This document shows, piece by piece, positions 37,514-47,509 of a stretch of 64,000 bases of DNA; position 1 is the first letter of the stretch; the number at the start of each line of letters is the position of its first letter. The position numbers were made by a program, and so were the translations under genes. Location of the stretch: the NCBI GenBank assembly GCA_050633245.1, contig JBOEGD010000011.1, positions 1 through 64,000 of the forward strand, in the 5' to 3' direction. This DNA is from Calditrichia bacterium. Its GTDB lineage: Bacteria > Calditrichota > Calditrichia > RBG-13-44-9 > J075. The notes below the pieces were generated by a model. That model saw only the letters and a list, made by a program, of their open reading frames with translations. It was not told the origin of the DNA and ran no database searches.

Positions 37514-39979
37514 ATGAAATTTTGTTTCAAAATACAGGCTGTGGTTTTTTTTATATGCTTATTGTCAGCCACCGTGTTTTCTAAAGAGAAACCTGCTATA
37601 GCCGATGCAGCATCCGGCATGGAAAAATACACCGGTTATTTCGATTTTTACTGGAATGCTGAAGAGGGGAAAGTCTTGCTTCAGATTGATCGCTGGGATG
37701 AAGAGTTTCTTTACGTCAATTCTCTGGTCACCGGAGTTGGCTCAAACGATATCGGACTAGATCGCGGACAGCTTGGCAGCAGTCGAATTGTTCGATTTCA
37801 GCGAACCGGGCCAAAGGTGATACTCATCGAGAGCAATTATGCGTTCCGTGCCTCAACTGATAACGCTGAGGAGCGCCGCGCTATTGAAGAGGCATTTGCA
37901 ATTTCTGTCCTGGGTGGATTCTCAGTGGTTGCAGAAACAGACGGAAGTGTCCTGGTCGATGCGACATCCTTTTTCCTGCGCGATGCGCATGGTGTCAGCC
38001 AAACATTAAACGACAGAGGGCAGGGGAGTTTTAGTCTTGATGGAAAACGATCTGTAATGTATTTAGAAAACACAAAAAGCTTTCCCAGGAATAGTGAATT
38101 TGAGGCATTGCTGACCTTTAGCGGACGCAAACCCGGTCAATTTGTTCAACAAGTGGTACCTACACCAACGTCAATAAGCGTCAGACAAAGACATTCATTT
38201 GTTAAGCTGCCGGATGACAAGTATGAACCCCGCGTTTTCGATCCGCGAAGTGGTTATATCTATATTGAATATCAGGATTATGGCACTCCCATTGGCGATC
38301 CGCTGGTAAAACGATTTATCACACGTCATCGCCTACAAAAGAAAAATCCTTCGCAAACTGTTGGTCCTTTCGAGGTTGTCGAGCCAATTGTGTATTATCT
38401 CGATCCCGGGACACCGGAACCCATTCGGTCGGCGCTGCTCGATGGAGCGCGTTGGTGGACACAAGCTTTTGAAGAAGCAGGTTTCAAAGATGCCTATCGT
38501 GTCGAAATGCTTCCGACAGGAGCCGATCCAATGGATGTGCGATACAATGTAATTCAGTGGGTGCATCGCGCAACGCGCGGCTGGTCTTATGGAGATATGG
38601 TATCAGATCCACGAACTGGTGAGATTATCAAAGGACATGTCAGCCTCGGCTCGCTGCGTGTTCGTCAAGACTATTTAATAGCCGAGGGGCTTTTGGCGCC
38701 ATACAAGGCCAAAGGCGATGTGCCAAAAGAAATGCAGGAGATGGCTTTGGCGCGTCTGCGACAGCTTTCTGCACATGAGGTTGGCCATACAATCGGGTTA
38801 ACTCACAACTTTGCCGCCAGCGCATATACCAAAACTCAGCTTGGAAAATATACCCACGGATCCGTGATGGATTATCCACACCCGTTTGCAACGCTTGGCA
38901 GCGATGGAAAAGTAGATTTGAGTCGCGCTTATGCTGTTGGCATCGGCGCGTGGGATAGCTGGGCGATTCGCTATGGATACAGCCTGTTCGACAATGCCGA
39001 TGGCAGAGATGCAGACCTTGAAAACGTATTGCAAAATCCAGTTGGGGAATTTATTGGCGACAGTGATGCGCGTCCGCGTGGTGGTGCTAACCCAAGCGGG
39101 CATCTTTGGGATAATGGACTGAGTCCGGTTGTGGAGCTGGAACGCATAATGAAGCTACGTAAGAATGCGTTAGTAAACTTTACGGAGGATGTGATTCCAT
39201 TTGGAACGCCACTTTCGCAGCTGGAAGAAAGCCTGATGCCGGTATATTTTATGCACCGGTATCAAATAGAAGCTGCAGCTAAGTTGATTGGCGGCGTAAA
39301 TTACGATTATCAGGTGCGCGGGCAAAAGCAGGTTCTTGAAGTTGTTGATCCATCCGCTCAGCAGGCTGCCTTGCGGGCATTGATGGACGTTTTGATGCCG
39401 GAACAACTCTTGCTTCCCGAGTCCATACGAAAACTTGTCCCACCCAAATCCTACGGGACATATCGAGGCAGAGAAAGTCTCTCCGGTAGAATGGGACCGA
39501 TATTCGATCCGCTTGCGCCGGCAGAAATGGTGATTGATCTAACTCTCGATATGCTGCTGAATCGTGAGAGAGCGGCAAGACTTATTGTTCAAGGGGCGTC
39601 GGATAAGAAGACACTTTCATTAGACAAGTTGATGGAGAAACTGTATCGTTTTGCCTACAAAAACAATTCAGAAAAAGGCCTGCAAGCTGAAGTTCGTGCG
39701 ATCCTTCGCGACCGATTACTCGAAAGATTAATGAATCTTGCTGCGGACAGCAGGGCATTGACACAGGTAAAGAGCACGGCATATGGCTATATTTCTAAAG
39801 TACGCAAAGACTTGAATGGTTTTAAGGTGAAGGATAGCAAGGAGAGCAAGACGTATCTCCGAAACAAAATCAATCGCTTTATGCAGGATCCCGCATCCTG
39901 GAAACCGGGTAAAAGGCTTGTGCCACCTGCCGGCTCGCCAATTGGGAGTTCTCGCGCAATGCAGTGTTCACATGAATAA
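37514..39979 (+). CDS. Exported zinc-dependent metalloprotease (DUF5117/DUF4953, EcxA-like metzincin)
   Basis: HEVGHTIGLTHNF, Met-turn 'SVMDY', 'EPIVYYLDP.TP', 'DPRTGEIIKG'. Confidence 0.9.
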   Translation: MKFCFKIQAVVFFICLLSATVFSKEKPAIADAASGMEKYTGYFDFYWNAEEGKVLLQIDRWDEEFLYVNSLVTGVGSNDIGLDRGQLGSSRIVRFQRTGPKVILIESNYAFRASTDNAEERRAIEEAFAISVLGGFSVVAETDGSVLVDATSFFLRDAHGVSQTLNDRGQGSFSLDGKRSVMYLENTKSFPRNSEFEALLTFSGRKPGQFVQQVVPTPTSISVRQRHSFVKLPDDKYEPRVFDPRSGYIYIEYQDYGTPIGDPLVKRFITRHRLQKKNPSQTVGPFEVVEPIVYYLDPGTPEPIRSALLDGARWWTQAFEEAGFKDAYRVEMLPTGADPMDVRYNVIQWVHRATRGWSYGDMVSDPRTGEIIKGHVSLGSLRVRQDYLIAEGLLAPYKAKGDVPKEMQEMALARLRQLSAHEVGHTIGLTHNFAASAYTKTQLGKYTHGSVMDYPHPFATLGSDGKVDLSRAYAVGIGAWDSWAIRYGYSLFDNADGRDADLENVLQNPVGEFIGDSDARPRGGANPSGHLWDNGLSPVVELERIMKLRKNALVNFTEDVIPFGTPLSQLEESLMPVYFMHRYQIEAAAKLIGGVNYDYQVRGQKQVLEVVDPSAQQAALRALMDVLMPEQLLLPESIRKLVPPKSYGTYRGRESLSGRMGPIFDPLAPAEMVIDLTLDMLLNRERAARLIVQGASDKKTLSLDKLMEKLYRFAYKNNSEKGLQAEVRAILRDRLLERLMNLAADSRALTQVKSTAYGYISKVRKDLNGFKVKDSKESKTYLRNKINRFMQDPASWKPGKRLVPPAGSPIGSSRAMQCSHE

Positions 39980-39983
39980 AAAG

Positions 39984-40015
39984 AAACGCCGCAACCAAAA
40001 TGGTGTGCGGCGTTT
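39984..40015. terminator. Bidirectional terminator
   Basis: AAACGCCGCA-N12-TGCGGCGTTT flanked by A and T runs between convergent genes. Confidence 0.78.
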
Positions 40016-40044
40016 TTGCTATTGTGAAAAACTGTTGACGCGGC

Positions 40045-41319
40045 TTAGTTAGACTTCTTGCGCGCTTTTTCAATCTTCTTGCGCGCGTCTTTGGCTTTTT
40101 TAGAATCGGGGAATGAGGAGATGATCTTCTCGTAATACATAATGGCCAGACTGTAGTTCTTTAGCTTCTCTTCACAAAGTTCACCTGCTTGCAGCATGCG
40201 CTCAGGCGCTTTATCATATTCCGGATACAACTCGCCAATTCTGGCAAGGGTTTCGGCAGACTTTGCATATTCCTTCATCTTATCCTTATAAACTTCAGCC
40301 ATTTTTTCTAGAGCTTCGATGCCGCGTTTATCACCTTTATGCTCATTTAAGAGCTCGTTGAACATCTGAACGGATGCTTCATGATTCTTCGCTTTCTCGG
40401 TATAAAGTATTGCGCTGCGCCAGCGGGCTTCCAGTGATTTACCAATTTTGTCATAAGAACGAGTCACTTTCTTATAGTCTTCGATAGCACCTTCATAAGC
40501 TTTTCGCTTCTTCTCTTTTACTTCTGCGCGCATAAATAGTGCGTTCCCGGCAAGCGTGCTGTCTTTAGATTGATCGACAACTTTGCTAAATGCTTCCACG
40601 GCTTGCGCGGGCTTGTCGAGTTTTTTGTAAAGAACTTCCCCCTGTTTGAAATATACATCGCTTGCCAGTTCGCTGTCCGGAAAGAGGGTGCCGAATTTGC
40701 TATAGGCTGCGTTTGCTTCCTTATGTTTCTCCTGCACGCGATAGGCGTTGCCAAGCCACAGTAGCGACTGACCTGTTTTTTCCGTGTCAGGGAATTGACG
40801 AATAAATTTGCGATTGGCATTCTGAATCCATACGGACAAATCTTTATTGCTTATTTTATCCAGTGTTTCCAAATACATTGAATAAGCTTCAGCAGATTCC
40901 AGGTCGGAATAGCTCTTGTTTGTTAACTCGGTTAGCATTTCGCGATGCTCTTTATAGCCTTTTTCCTTAGTGACCAGTTTTTGGAGATCTGCGGTGTTCG
41001 CTACAACCGCGCGTGTCTGCGGGTAAACTAAAATCATTTTCAGATAACTCGCGAGTGCTTCGTGTTTCTTGCCATGTTTCTTATATGTTGTTGCCAGCAT
41101 ATATTGCGCCCGACCGGCATACTCATTTTCCGGATAGAGATCGAGAAAATGTGTTAAATCCGCAATCAGATAATCGCGCAAATCTTTTTGGTCCGCGTTA
41201 AACGTGCTTTCGAGATAATTGAAATAAGACTCCGCATTATACTGAGCTTTCAGGGGCAATAGTGAGGCAGCAAAAATCAATAGCAGAGGTGCTATTAATT
41301 TTAATGGGCGAATAGACAT
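40045..41319 (-). CDS. Exported TPR protein, paralog 2
   Basis: Signal peptide then 'QYNAESYFNYLESTFN'; shares 'GRAQ.MLA....K.GK.HEALA.YLKMI..YP' and 'KKIEKA.KK' with 36042-37322. Confidence 0.85.
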   Translation of the reverse strand: MSIRPLKLIAPLLLIFAASLLPLKAQYNAESYFNYLESTFNADQKDLRDYLIADLTHFLDLYPENEYAGRAQYMLATTYKKHGKKHEALASYLKMILVYPQTRAVVANTADLQKLVTKEKGYKEHREMLTELTNKSYSDLESAEAYSMYLETLDKISNKDLSVWIQNANRKFIRQFPDTEKTGQSLLWLGNAYRVQEKHKEANAAYSKFGTLFPDSELASDVYFKQGEVLYKKLDKPAQAVEAFSKVVDQSKDSTLAGNALFMRAEVKEKKRKAYEGAIEDYKKVTRSYDKIGKSLEARWRSAILYTEKAKNHEASVQMFNELLNEHKGDKRGIEALEKMAEVYKDKMKEYAKSAETLARIGELYPEYDKAPERMLQAGELCEEKLKNYSLAIMYYEKIISSFPDSKKAKDARKKIEKARKKSN

Positions 41320-41496
41320 AGTGAGTTTCTCCATCAGGGCGTTGATTGAATGAATCTGTTTATCTAGACATCAATATTTTAAAATGGTCACTTTATAAAA
41401 TAATATTCCGCTATTTTAATTGTGAACTATTATCTTAATACCTGTTATCAAAATAATACAGTTTGTTCCCAATTCTTTTTTTGGAAAGACGATTCT

Positions 41497-42723
41497 ATGT
41501 CTCAGAAAATTTTATCGCTTCTATCACTTGTAATTATGACGCTGCTTTTATCACTTGCAGCATTTGCGCAGAATGCCGACTCTACCGTGAATGCGCTGTT
41601 TGTAGATCCGGCGTCGCGGGATTTCTCGTCGAATGAAGCTGTTTTGGAGCGCTTGCTTTCCGGGCCTCACGGCTACTTTCGATTTATTAACGTTCAGTTT
41701 AGCCAGGAGATATGTCGTCGTATAGGCGATAAGCTCGCTGAAATGCCGATGCTAAACCTACACGGAGACGCGCATCTTGAACAGTACGCAATTACTGATC
41801 TTGGCAGGGGGCTTACCGATTTCGACGATTCCTCAACGGGGCCGGGTGGCATCGATTTGCTGAGGGTTGGTGTGTCCCTGCATTTAGTGGCGCGGGAAAA
41901 CGGCTGGTCTGAGCATACAGATGACGCACTCAGACTGTTTATTGCGGGCTATACCAAGGCTCTTGAAAATCCTGCAACGGAAGCTCCTGAGCCTTCGCTT
42001 GTTAAACGAATAAGAGATGGCTTTAAAACGGACCGTGAAGGTTACTTCAAGTGGATTGCCTCGGTTATGCAGCCAGTTGATAAACAGATTAGGGATTCTT
42101 TAGAGCACGCGCTTATGTCTTATATTGATACGAAACGTGCTGAGGAGCCTGAGCTGCGTAAGGAATATTTTGACGTAGTAGAAAGTGGTGCGCTGCAAAT
42201 GGGAATTGGTAGTGCTTTGGATATGAAATTCCTTATTCGCATCGCTGGTAAAACGGATGATCCGCTTGACGATATTGTTCTGGAATGCAAGGAGGTGCGC
42301 GATCTTAGTGGAATCGAATGCATCAATAGCGGAAGAGAATCAGATCCGTTTCGGATTCTACTGGGGCAGACCCGAATTGCATACTCTCCATTCGAACATC
42401 TCGGTTATTTTCGCTTCAACCAAAAAATGTTTTGGGTGCATTCGTGGGTAGACAATTATAAAGAGTTGAAAGTTGCAGAATCTTTCGTCAATGTAGAAGA
42501 GCTCAAGGAGGTTTTATATGACGTAGGTGTTCAGCTCGGTAAGGGGCATGTTAAACATATTGCATCTCCACTGGATCTACAACTTCGTCGTGCGCAACAG
42601 AAGCTCTTGAAAGAGCATTACGATGAATTAACAGCACTGTGCGCAGAGCTGGCTGTTGAGACTGTTGAGGCTTGGGAAATGTTTACCGCAGCGATTGCGG
42701 AACAGAACGTTGAAACCAACTAG
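41497..42723 (+). CDS. DUF2252-family (kinase-like fold) protein with signal peptide
   Basis: 'GYFRF', 'HGDAHLEQY', 'LTDFDDS', 'GIGS', 'VLECKE', 'GVQLGKGH'; N-terminal 'LLLSLAAFA|Q'. Confidence 0.7.
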   Translation: MSQKILSLLSLVIMTLLLSLAAFAQNADSTVNALFVDPASRDFSSNEAVLERLLSGPHGYFRFINVQFSQEICRRIGDKLAEMPMLNLHGDAHLEQYAITDLGRGLTDFDDSSTGPGGIDLLRVGVSLHLVARENGWSEHTDDALRLFIAGYTKALENPATEAPEPSLVKRIRDGFKTDREGYFKWIASVMQPVDKQIRDSLEHALMSYIDTKRAEEPELRKEYFDVVESGALQMGIGSALDMKFLIRIAGKTDDPLDDIVLECKEVRDLSGIECINSGRESDPFRILLGQTRIAYSPFEHLGYFRFNQKMFWVHSWVDNYKELKVAESFVNVEELKEVLYDVGVQLGKGHVKHIASPLDLQLRRAQQKLLKEHYDELTALCAELAVETVEAWEMFTAAIAEQNVETN

Positions 42724-42744
42724 AGAACATAGAAAAGAATGAGT

Positions 42745-42820
42745 GGGAGAATGGGTGACAAGGAGACTTGGCGAAATCAAAATGCCTTATTGCCTTTTTC
42801 ACTTTTCACGTTTCACTTTT
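42745..42820. repeat. Degenerate 8-mer and 7-mer short tandem repeats
   Basis: GGGAGAAT/GGGTGACA/AGGAGACT/TGGCGAAA, then TTTCACT/TTTCACG/TTTCACT. Confidence 0.45.
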
Positions 42821-42860
42821 AAAAACACAGAACTCAAAACTTCTTTAACCCGAGAAAGAA

Positions 42861-43214
42861 ATGAATAAACAAGCAAAAATATTTGTACCATTACTATTGG
42901 CGTTAAGCGCGTATGCCTTCTTTGCTTTATTTCTGAAGAAAGAAATCGGCGACTTTGACACTATTCGTTTGAGTGGTGAAATAAACCAGAGTGTCTATGT
43001 TTATGTAGCTCCGGGGAAGCCGTTTCAGCGCGATGGTCTGAACAGAATAACGTCGTTTTATGTGCAGGATAGAAATGGGGCCATTGCCCAGGTAAATCTG
43101 GATGAGCCGGCGCAAGAGGACATCGCAAACGCAGTGGTCGTCAAGGTCTTCGGACATATGCACGGAAGTACCTTCATTGGCAAACGCGCCGAAACGGCCC
43201 AGCTACGCGAATAA
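42861..43214 (+). CDS. CcmE-like membrane-anchored OB-fold protein lacking the heme-binding motif
   Basis: N-terminal TM, 'SFYVQDRNG..QV....P..D...A.VV.V.G....F' as in CcmE-like proteins; no HxxxY or CxxxY tail. Confidence 0.5.
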   Translation: MNKQAKIFVPLLLALSAYAFFALFLKKEIGDFDTIRLSGEINQSVYVYVAPGKPFQRDGLNRITSFYVQDRNGAIAQVNLDEPAQEDIANAVVVKVFGHMHGSTFIGKRAETAQLRE

Positions 43215-43233
43215 CGCGCAGCCGGGTTAAAGT

Positions 43234-44880
43234 TTACTTCAATTGCAGTTCTTTTATCTCGTCATCCTTGCCGGTAAGTTGCCAGCGGATTAATGAGACA
43301 GGAATAAGTCCGGCGCTGTCTACTTCTTCATAGAAATCAGAAAGCTTGAATGTATCACCTAATTGATTGCTACGTTCAGACATCAATTGCTCAATCAGGT
43401 ATTTACCGGTGATATAACTAGTGCCATAGCCCGGCTGACGCAAATAAAGCAATTGCTCGAAACCGAGCAAATCTAAATCTTCCCGCATCCATCCGCGAGG
43501 CGTCCATTCTACGTGGAAGTCACGAGCTTCTTTCATTGTTTTTATGTTCGCATGAGCATAGAGAGAACCCAATCCCCGTGCTGCGCGCTGTGCTAACATG
43601 ATCCAAACAATCTCTCGAACTCTCGGGTTATCATCATAAAGTCCTGTATGCATCATCATTTCTTCGATGCCGGTTGCCAGACCTTCCGCACGACTGTCCC
43701 AGATATTATAGAGTAATGCCTTGCGACGAATCGGACTCTCATGTGGATTCTCTTCCATCCGCGCAAGATCCCACCAGTGATAGAAGTGTGTGTTAAGTGT
43801 ATTCGTATCGAAATGCATTGCCATTCGGAAGAAGTTACGTTTGTTCTCTTCAACAAATCGGCCGGTGTGCTCAGCAAGAACGGGGCCCATATAGTCTCGC
43901 ATAATCAAAACGTCTTTTTTCTCGAGAAAAGCCAAATATCTTTCAATGGCTTCTTTAGCCATGCGATCGTATTCTTCCGGTGTGGAAGCGGCAATCAATG
44001 GTGGTAAATGAGAGTTACGCTGCTCTTCCAAACAGAGCGAAGCATGTGCTCTGGCAAGTTCTCTTTCTAACAACGAAACTTCTTCTTCCCATGAAAGTGG
44101 GACCAAGTGAACATGGCGTAACTGCCAGGTATAATGGTCTTTGCCGATACCGGAAGGCCCGGTTTTATTTGCAGACTCTTTTTCAAGCCATTTAACGAAG
44201 TTATCTGTTGCTCCTATGGCCTTTCTTATGGCTTTCTTGAAATTACGGCTGGTCTTTTTAGTCTTGTCTTTCAAGGATTCCAGATTCTCGGACTGCTCCT
44301 TAAGATTGCCGATCCCGCCGATCCACAGCTCGCGAGCATTGCCGATCAGGTTGATTTTGGCCTGATCTAAAAATGGAGGAATTGATTCGAGTTCTTTACG
44401 CAGCTCTTTCTCGCTGCTCTTTGACAGCGGGAAATCATACTGCCAAAGTTCAATTGCCGCGTGGTTAGTTGGCCCTTCATGTGCAGGCGTATCGCTTTGA
44501 TATGTCCAGATTGAGGTGTAAAAGGCGGGATCGCGCACCCATGGTTTTAAAACCCGGATGTTAAAATCCATGCCGTTCATCTCGGCTTGCACTATCTGGT
44601 AGTCGACCTGTTCGGGAATGCTCCATCCGCCTGCATCAATTGCCGCCAATCGCTTCTGCATTTTTTTTAGTTCAATATGACGTCTTGCAAAGGTTTCGGC
44701 GCGGTAGTCTGGTACGCCGTTAACAAGGGGAGGTGTCTCAAAATTTCTCCACTCCTCGAAAAGTGAAAGCAAAGTGGCGTAATCGTTCTTTTCTGGACTT
44801 TTAACTTCATTAGCAGTGACTAAAAGAAATCCGAAAAGTAGCGTAGCTACGATAAAATAACGTAATACGGTTAACATCAT
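43234..44880 (-). CDS. DUF885-family exported protein
   Basis: 'VLKPW.RDPAFY', 'AEGLATGIEEM', 'QPGYGTSYITGK', 'L..FYEEV...G.IP.SLIRW'. Confidence 0.75.
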   Translation of the reverse strand: MMLTVLRYFIVATLLFGFLLVTANEVKSPEKNDYATLLSLFEEWRNFETPPLVNGVPDYRAETFARRHIELKKMQKRLAAIDAGGWSIPEQVDYQIVQAEMNGMDFNIRVLKPWVRDPAFYTSIWTYQSDTPAHEGPTNHAAIELWQYDFPLSKSSEKELRKELESIPPFLDQAKINLIGNARELWIGGIGNLKEQSENLESLKDKTKKTSRNFKKAIRKAIGATDNFVKWLEKESANKTGPSGIGKDHYTWQLRHVHLVPLSWEEEVSLLERELARAHASLCLEEQRNSHLPPLIAASTPEEYDRMAKEAIERYLAFLEKKDVLIMRDYMGPVLAEHTGRFVEENKRNFFRMAMHFDTNTLNTHFYHWWDLARMEENPHESPIRRKALLYNIWDSRAEGLATGIEEMMMHTGLYDDNPRVREIVWIMLAQRAARGLGSLYAHANIKTMKEARDFHVEWTPRGWMREDLDLLGFEQLLYLRQPGYGTSYITGKYLIEQLMSERSNQLGDTFKLSDFYEEVDSAGLIPVSLIRWQLTGKDDEIKELQLK

Positions 44881-45092
44881 AATAGGTTCCTGGTGCTATA
44901 GATTGACGGTTAATTAAACGAAGCTTTTTGTACTAATGTATATTGCTAAATATACCGGCATTTATTTAATTTGACAATCTCTGAGCAAGTTATAGTTTTA
45001 AGTCTGTTTGCTTATTTATTAAACTGTTTTGCAATCACTTTGCCGATGTAGGACGAGGGGATAACATGTTCCATTAAACCCGGTGAGTTGCC

Positions 45093-47213
45093 ATGAAAAA
45101 CATTTTTGTCGTTTTATTTATTATGCTGATTCCCTGTTTGTTGTTCTCGCAGGTTAGTCAATTCATACATGTCGATCAATTTGGTTATCGCACCAATGCC
45201 GAGAAAGTTGCGGTATTGAGTGACCCGCAAGTTGGTTTTAACTCAAGTCTTTCATATTCACCGCCCGCAACACTTCAGATTCGTGACAATAGCAGTGGTG
45301 CCGTTATATTTTCCGGACCCGTGCAAAGTTGGAATAGCGGAAATATACACGACCAGTCTGGTGATCGTGGCTGGTGGTTCGACTTCAGCTCGCTCACTGC
45401 TGATGGTGATTACTATGTTTACGATCCGCAAAATCAGGAACGATCTGCGGTCTTTGCTATTAATGCCAATCCCTATGCCGAAGTCATGAGGACAGCCGGT
45501 CGTATGTTTTATTACAATCGCTGTAATATGGCAAAATCATCTCCTTTCGCAGAATCTAACTGGACGGATGGAAACAACTTCCTAAACCCGCTCCAGGATG
45601 CTAACACGCGATATATATTTGATCCTTCCAATAGCTCGTTGGAAAAAGATCTTTCAGGAGGTTGGTTCGATGCAGGAGACTATAATAAATATGTAACCTT
45701 TGCCTATTCTGCCGTGCACGATCTGTTGGCAGCTTATGAGGAAAACCCTCAGGCGTTTTCCGATAGCTGGAACATTCCCGAAAGCGGAAACGGAATCGCC
45801 GATGTTATTGATGAGGTAAAGTGGGAGCTGGACTGGCTGCTAAAGATGACCAACGCCGATGGTAGTGTTCATATAAAAATGGGCAGTCAGAACTATAGCG
45901 AGAATATTTCGAATCCACCAAGTGCCAATACGGACCCGCGTTTTTATGGTCCAACCTGCACATCAGCTTCTGCAGCAGTCGCGTCCATGTTTGCTCGAGC
46001 CGCAGGAATACTCTCGGGCATACCTTCTCTTACCAGTTATGCGCAGACGCTTCGTACACGTGCTGAATTATGTTTTGCTTACACGATTCCATTTTATAAC
46101 TCCGGGAATTTGGATTTTGCTTGTGATAATGGCGAAATCATAGCGGGTGATGCCGATGTGGATGCAACAGGGCAATTAAATATGTTGATAACGGCTGCGA
46201 TTTATTTATACGAGCAAACCGGAGACGATTCATATAATCAGTTCGTTGTTTCTAATTATGCACAAACAGAGCCAATAGCGACCGGCTTCTGGGGCGTCTA
46301 TAGCATTGAACTTCAAGAAGCATTAATTTCTTATGCGCGCTCCGGTAGTGGTGATCCTGCGGTTTCATCAACCATTCTGAATTCTGCAAACACCGAAGTT
46401 TCAAATAACTTTAATGACTACTTTGGCTGGACAGAAGCAGATCTTTATCGCGCATTTATTCCCGGGTGGTCGAACCACTGGGGAAGTAACAAGCCCAAAG
46501 CCGGTTATGGCATTATGAACAATTACTTTGCGGGTGAAGGAATTGGAAACGCTTCGTCTATGACGCGCAAGGCTGCCGAACAACTACATTACTTCCACGG
46601 CGTTAATCCAATTGGAACTGTCTATTTGTCCAATATGTACTCTGTTGGAGCCGAGCGAAGCGCCAATGAAATCTATCATTCTTGGTTTGCCGATGGCTCG
46701 GATTATGATAACGCACTTACATCTCCATTAGGTCCAGCACCGGGATTCGTGTCGGGAGGCGTTAATAATAACTTTAGCATTAGCTCGCTGTCGCCGCCGT
46801 TTGGTCAGCCTGACCAAAAAAGCTACCTCGATTTTAACACAGGCTTCCCCGACAATAGTTGGGAGATTACTGAACCTGCGATTTACTATCAGGCCGCTTA
46901 TGTGCGCTTGCTGGCTAACTATGTCTCTACCGGTGTGTTAACCGGTATTGAGGATAAACCTCGGCTAAATCAGACCGATGCAACGATATCTGCTTTTCCC
47001 AATCCGGTTAAAGATTTGTTAAATCTTAGTGGAATTGCGGAAGGCAGTGAAATTCGGATTCTGAACATTACCGGTCAAACAGTTATGAGAATAAAGCGCT
47101 TTAGTACGGCACAGCCTGTTGATGTTTCCAGCCTGTCAGCTGGCGTGTATCTTATCAAGATAACCACTTCGGAAAACAGTAAAGCCAGCGTGGTGCGGAT
47201 TATAAAGCTGTAA
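45093..47213 (+). CDS. GH9 endoglucanase with N-terminal Ig (CelD_N) and T9SS type A CTD
   Basis: 'VDQFGY', 'GGWFDAGDYNKY', 'WGSN', 'HGVNP', 'WEITEPAIYYQA'; CTD 'AFPNPVKD..NITGQ..DVSSLSAGVYLIKI'. Confidence 0.92.
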   Translation: MKNIFVVLFIMLIPCLLFSQVSQFIHVDQFGYRTNAEKVAVLSDPQVGFNSSLSYSPPATLQIRDNSSGAVIFSGPVQSWNSGNIHDQSGDRGWWFDFSSLTADGDYYVYDPQNQERSAVFAINANPYAEVMRTAGRMFYYNRCNMAKSSPFAESNWTDGNNFLNPLQDANTRYIFDPSNSSLEKDLSGGWFDAGDYNKYVTFAYSAVHDLLAAYEENPQAFSDSWNIPESGNGIADVIDEVKWELDWLLKMTNADGSVHIKMGSQNYSENISNPPSANTDPRFYGPTCTSASAAVASMFARAAGILSGIPSLTSYAQTLRTRAELCFAYTIPFYNSGNLDFACDNGEIIAGDADVDATGQLNMLITAAIYLYEQTGDDSYNQFVVSNYAQTEPIATGFWGVYSIELQEALISYARSGSGDPAVSSTILNSANTEVSNNFNDYFGWTEADLYRAFIPGWSNHWGSNKPKAGYGIMNNYFAGEGIGNASSMTRKAAEQLHYFHGVNPIGTVYLSNMYSVGAERSANEIYHSWFADGSDYDNALTSPLGPAPGFVSGGVNNNFSISSLSPPFGQPDQKSYLDFNTGFPDNSWEITEPAIYYQAAYVRLLANYVSTGVLTGIEDKPRLNQTDATISAFPNPVKDLLNLSGIAEGSEIRILNITGQTVMRIKRFSTAQPVDVSSLSAGVYLIKITTSENSKASVVRIIKL

Positions 47214-47509
47214 TTCTCAGGATTGATGCGACTTTGAAAGGCATCCACCGTTGCTTTACCACGGGTGCTTTTTATGTTTTGCTCGGGAATATTTCCCATT
47301 ATATTCTTCTGTTGCAGGAGCTACATTTTTGTCACTCCCGTCCTCTTGGCTTCTCCCGGACGGTGCGGTATATGCTCAAGAACGAGCGGAACACTCCCTG
47401 AAGGAAGTTGGAGAGAAGAATACAGTGCAACTGCTCAAAGCCAGACACCACTTTTAATACGGGATTGGGGCTGTTGGTCATTAGTAATGATAAAGCGAAA
47501 GGGTTGGGA

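Noticed and set aside
47251-47509. Small ORFs or a gene relic upstream of the DUF4287 gene
   Set aside because: No recognisable family; cannot be supported without a search.
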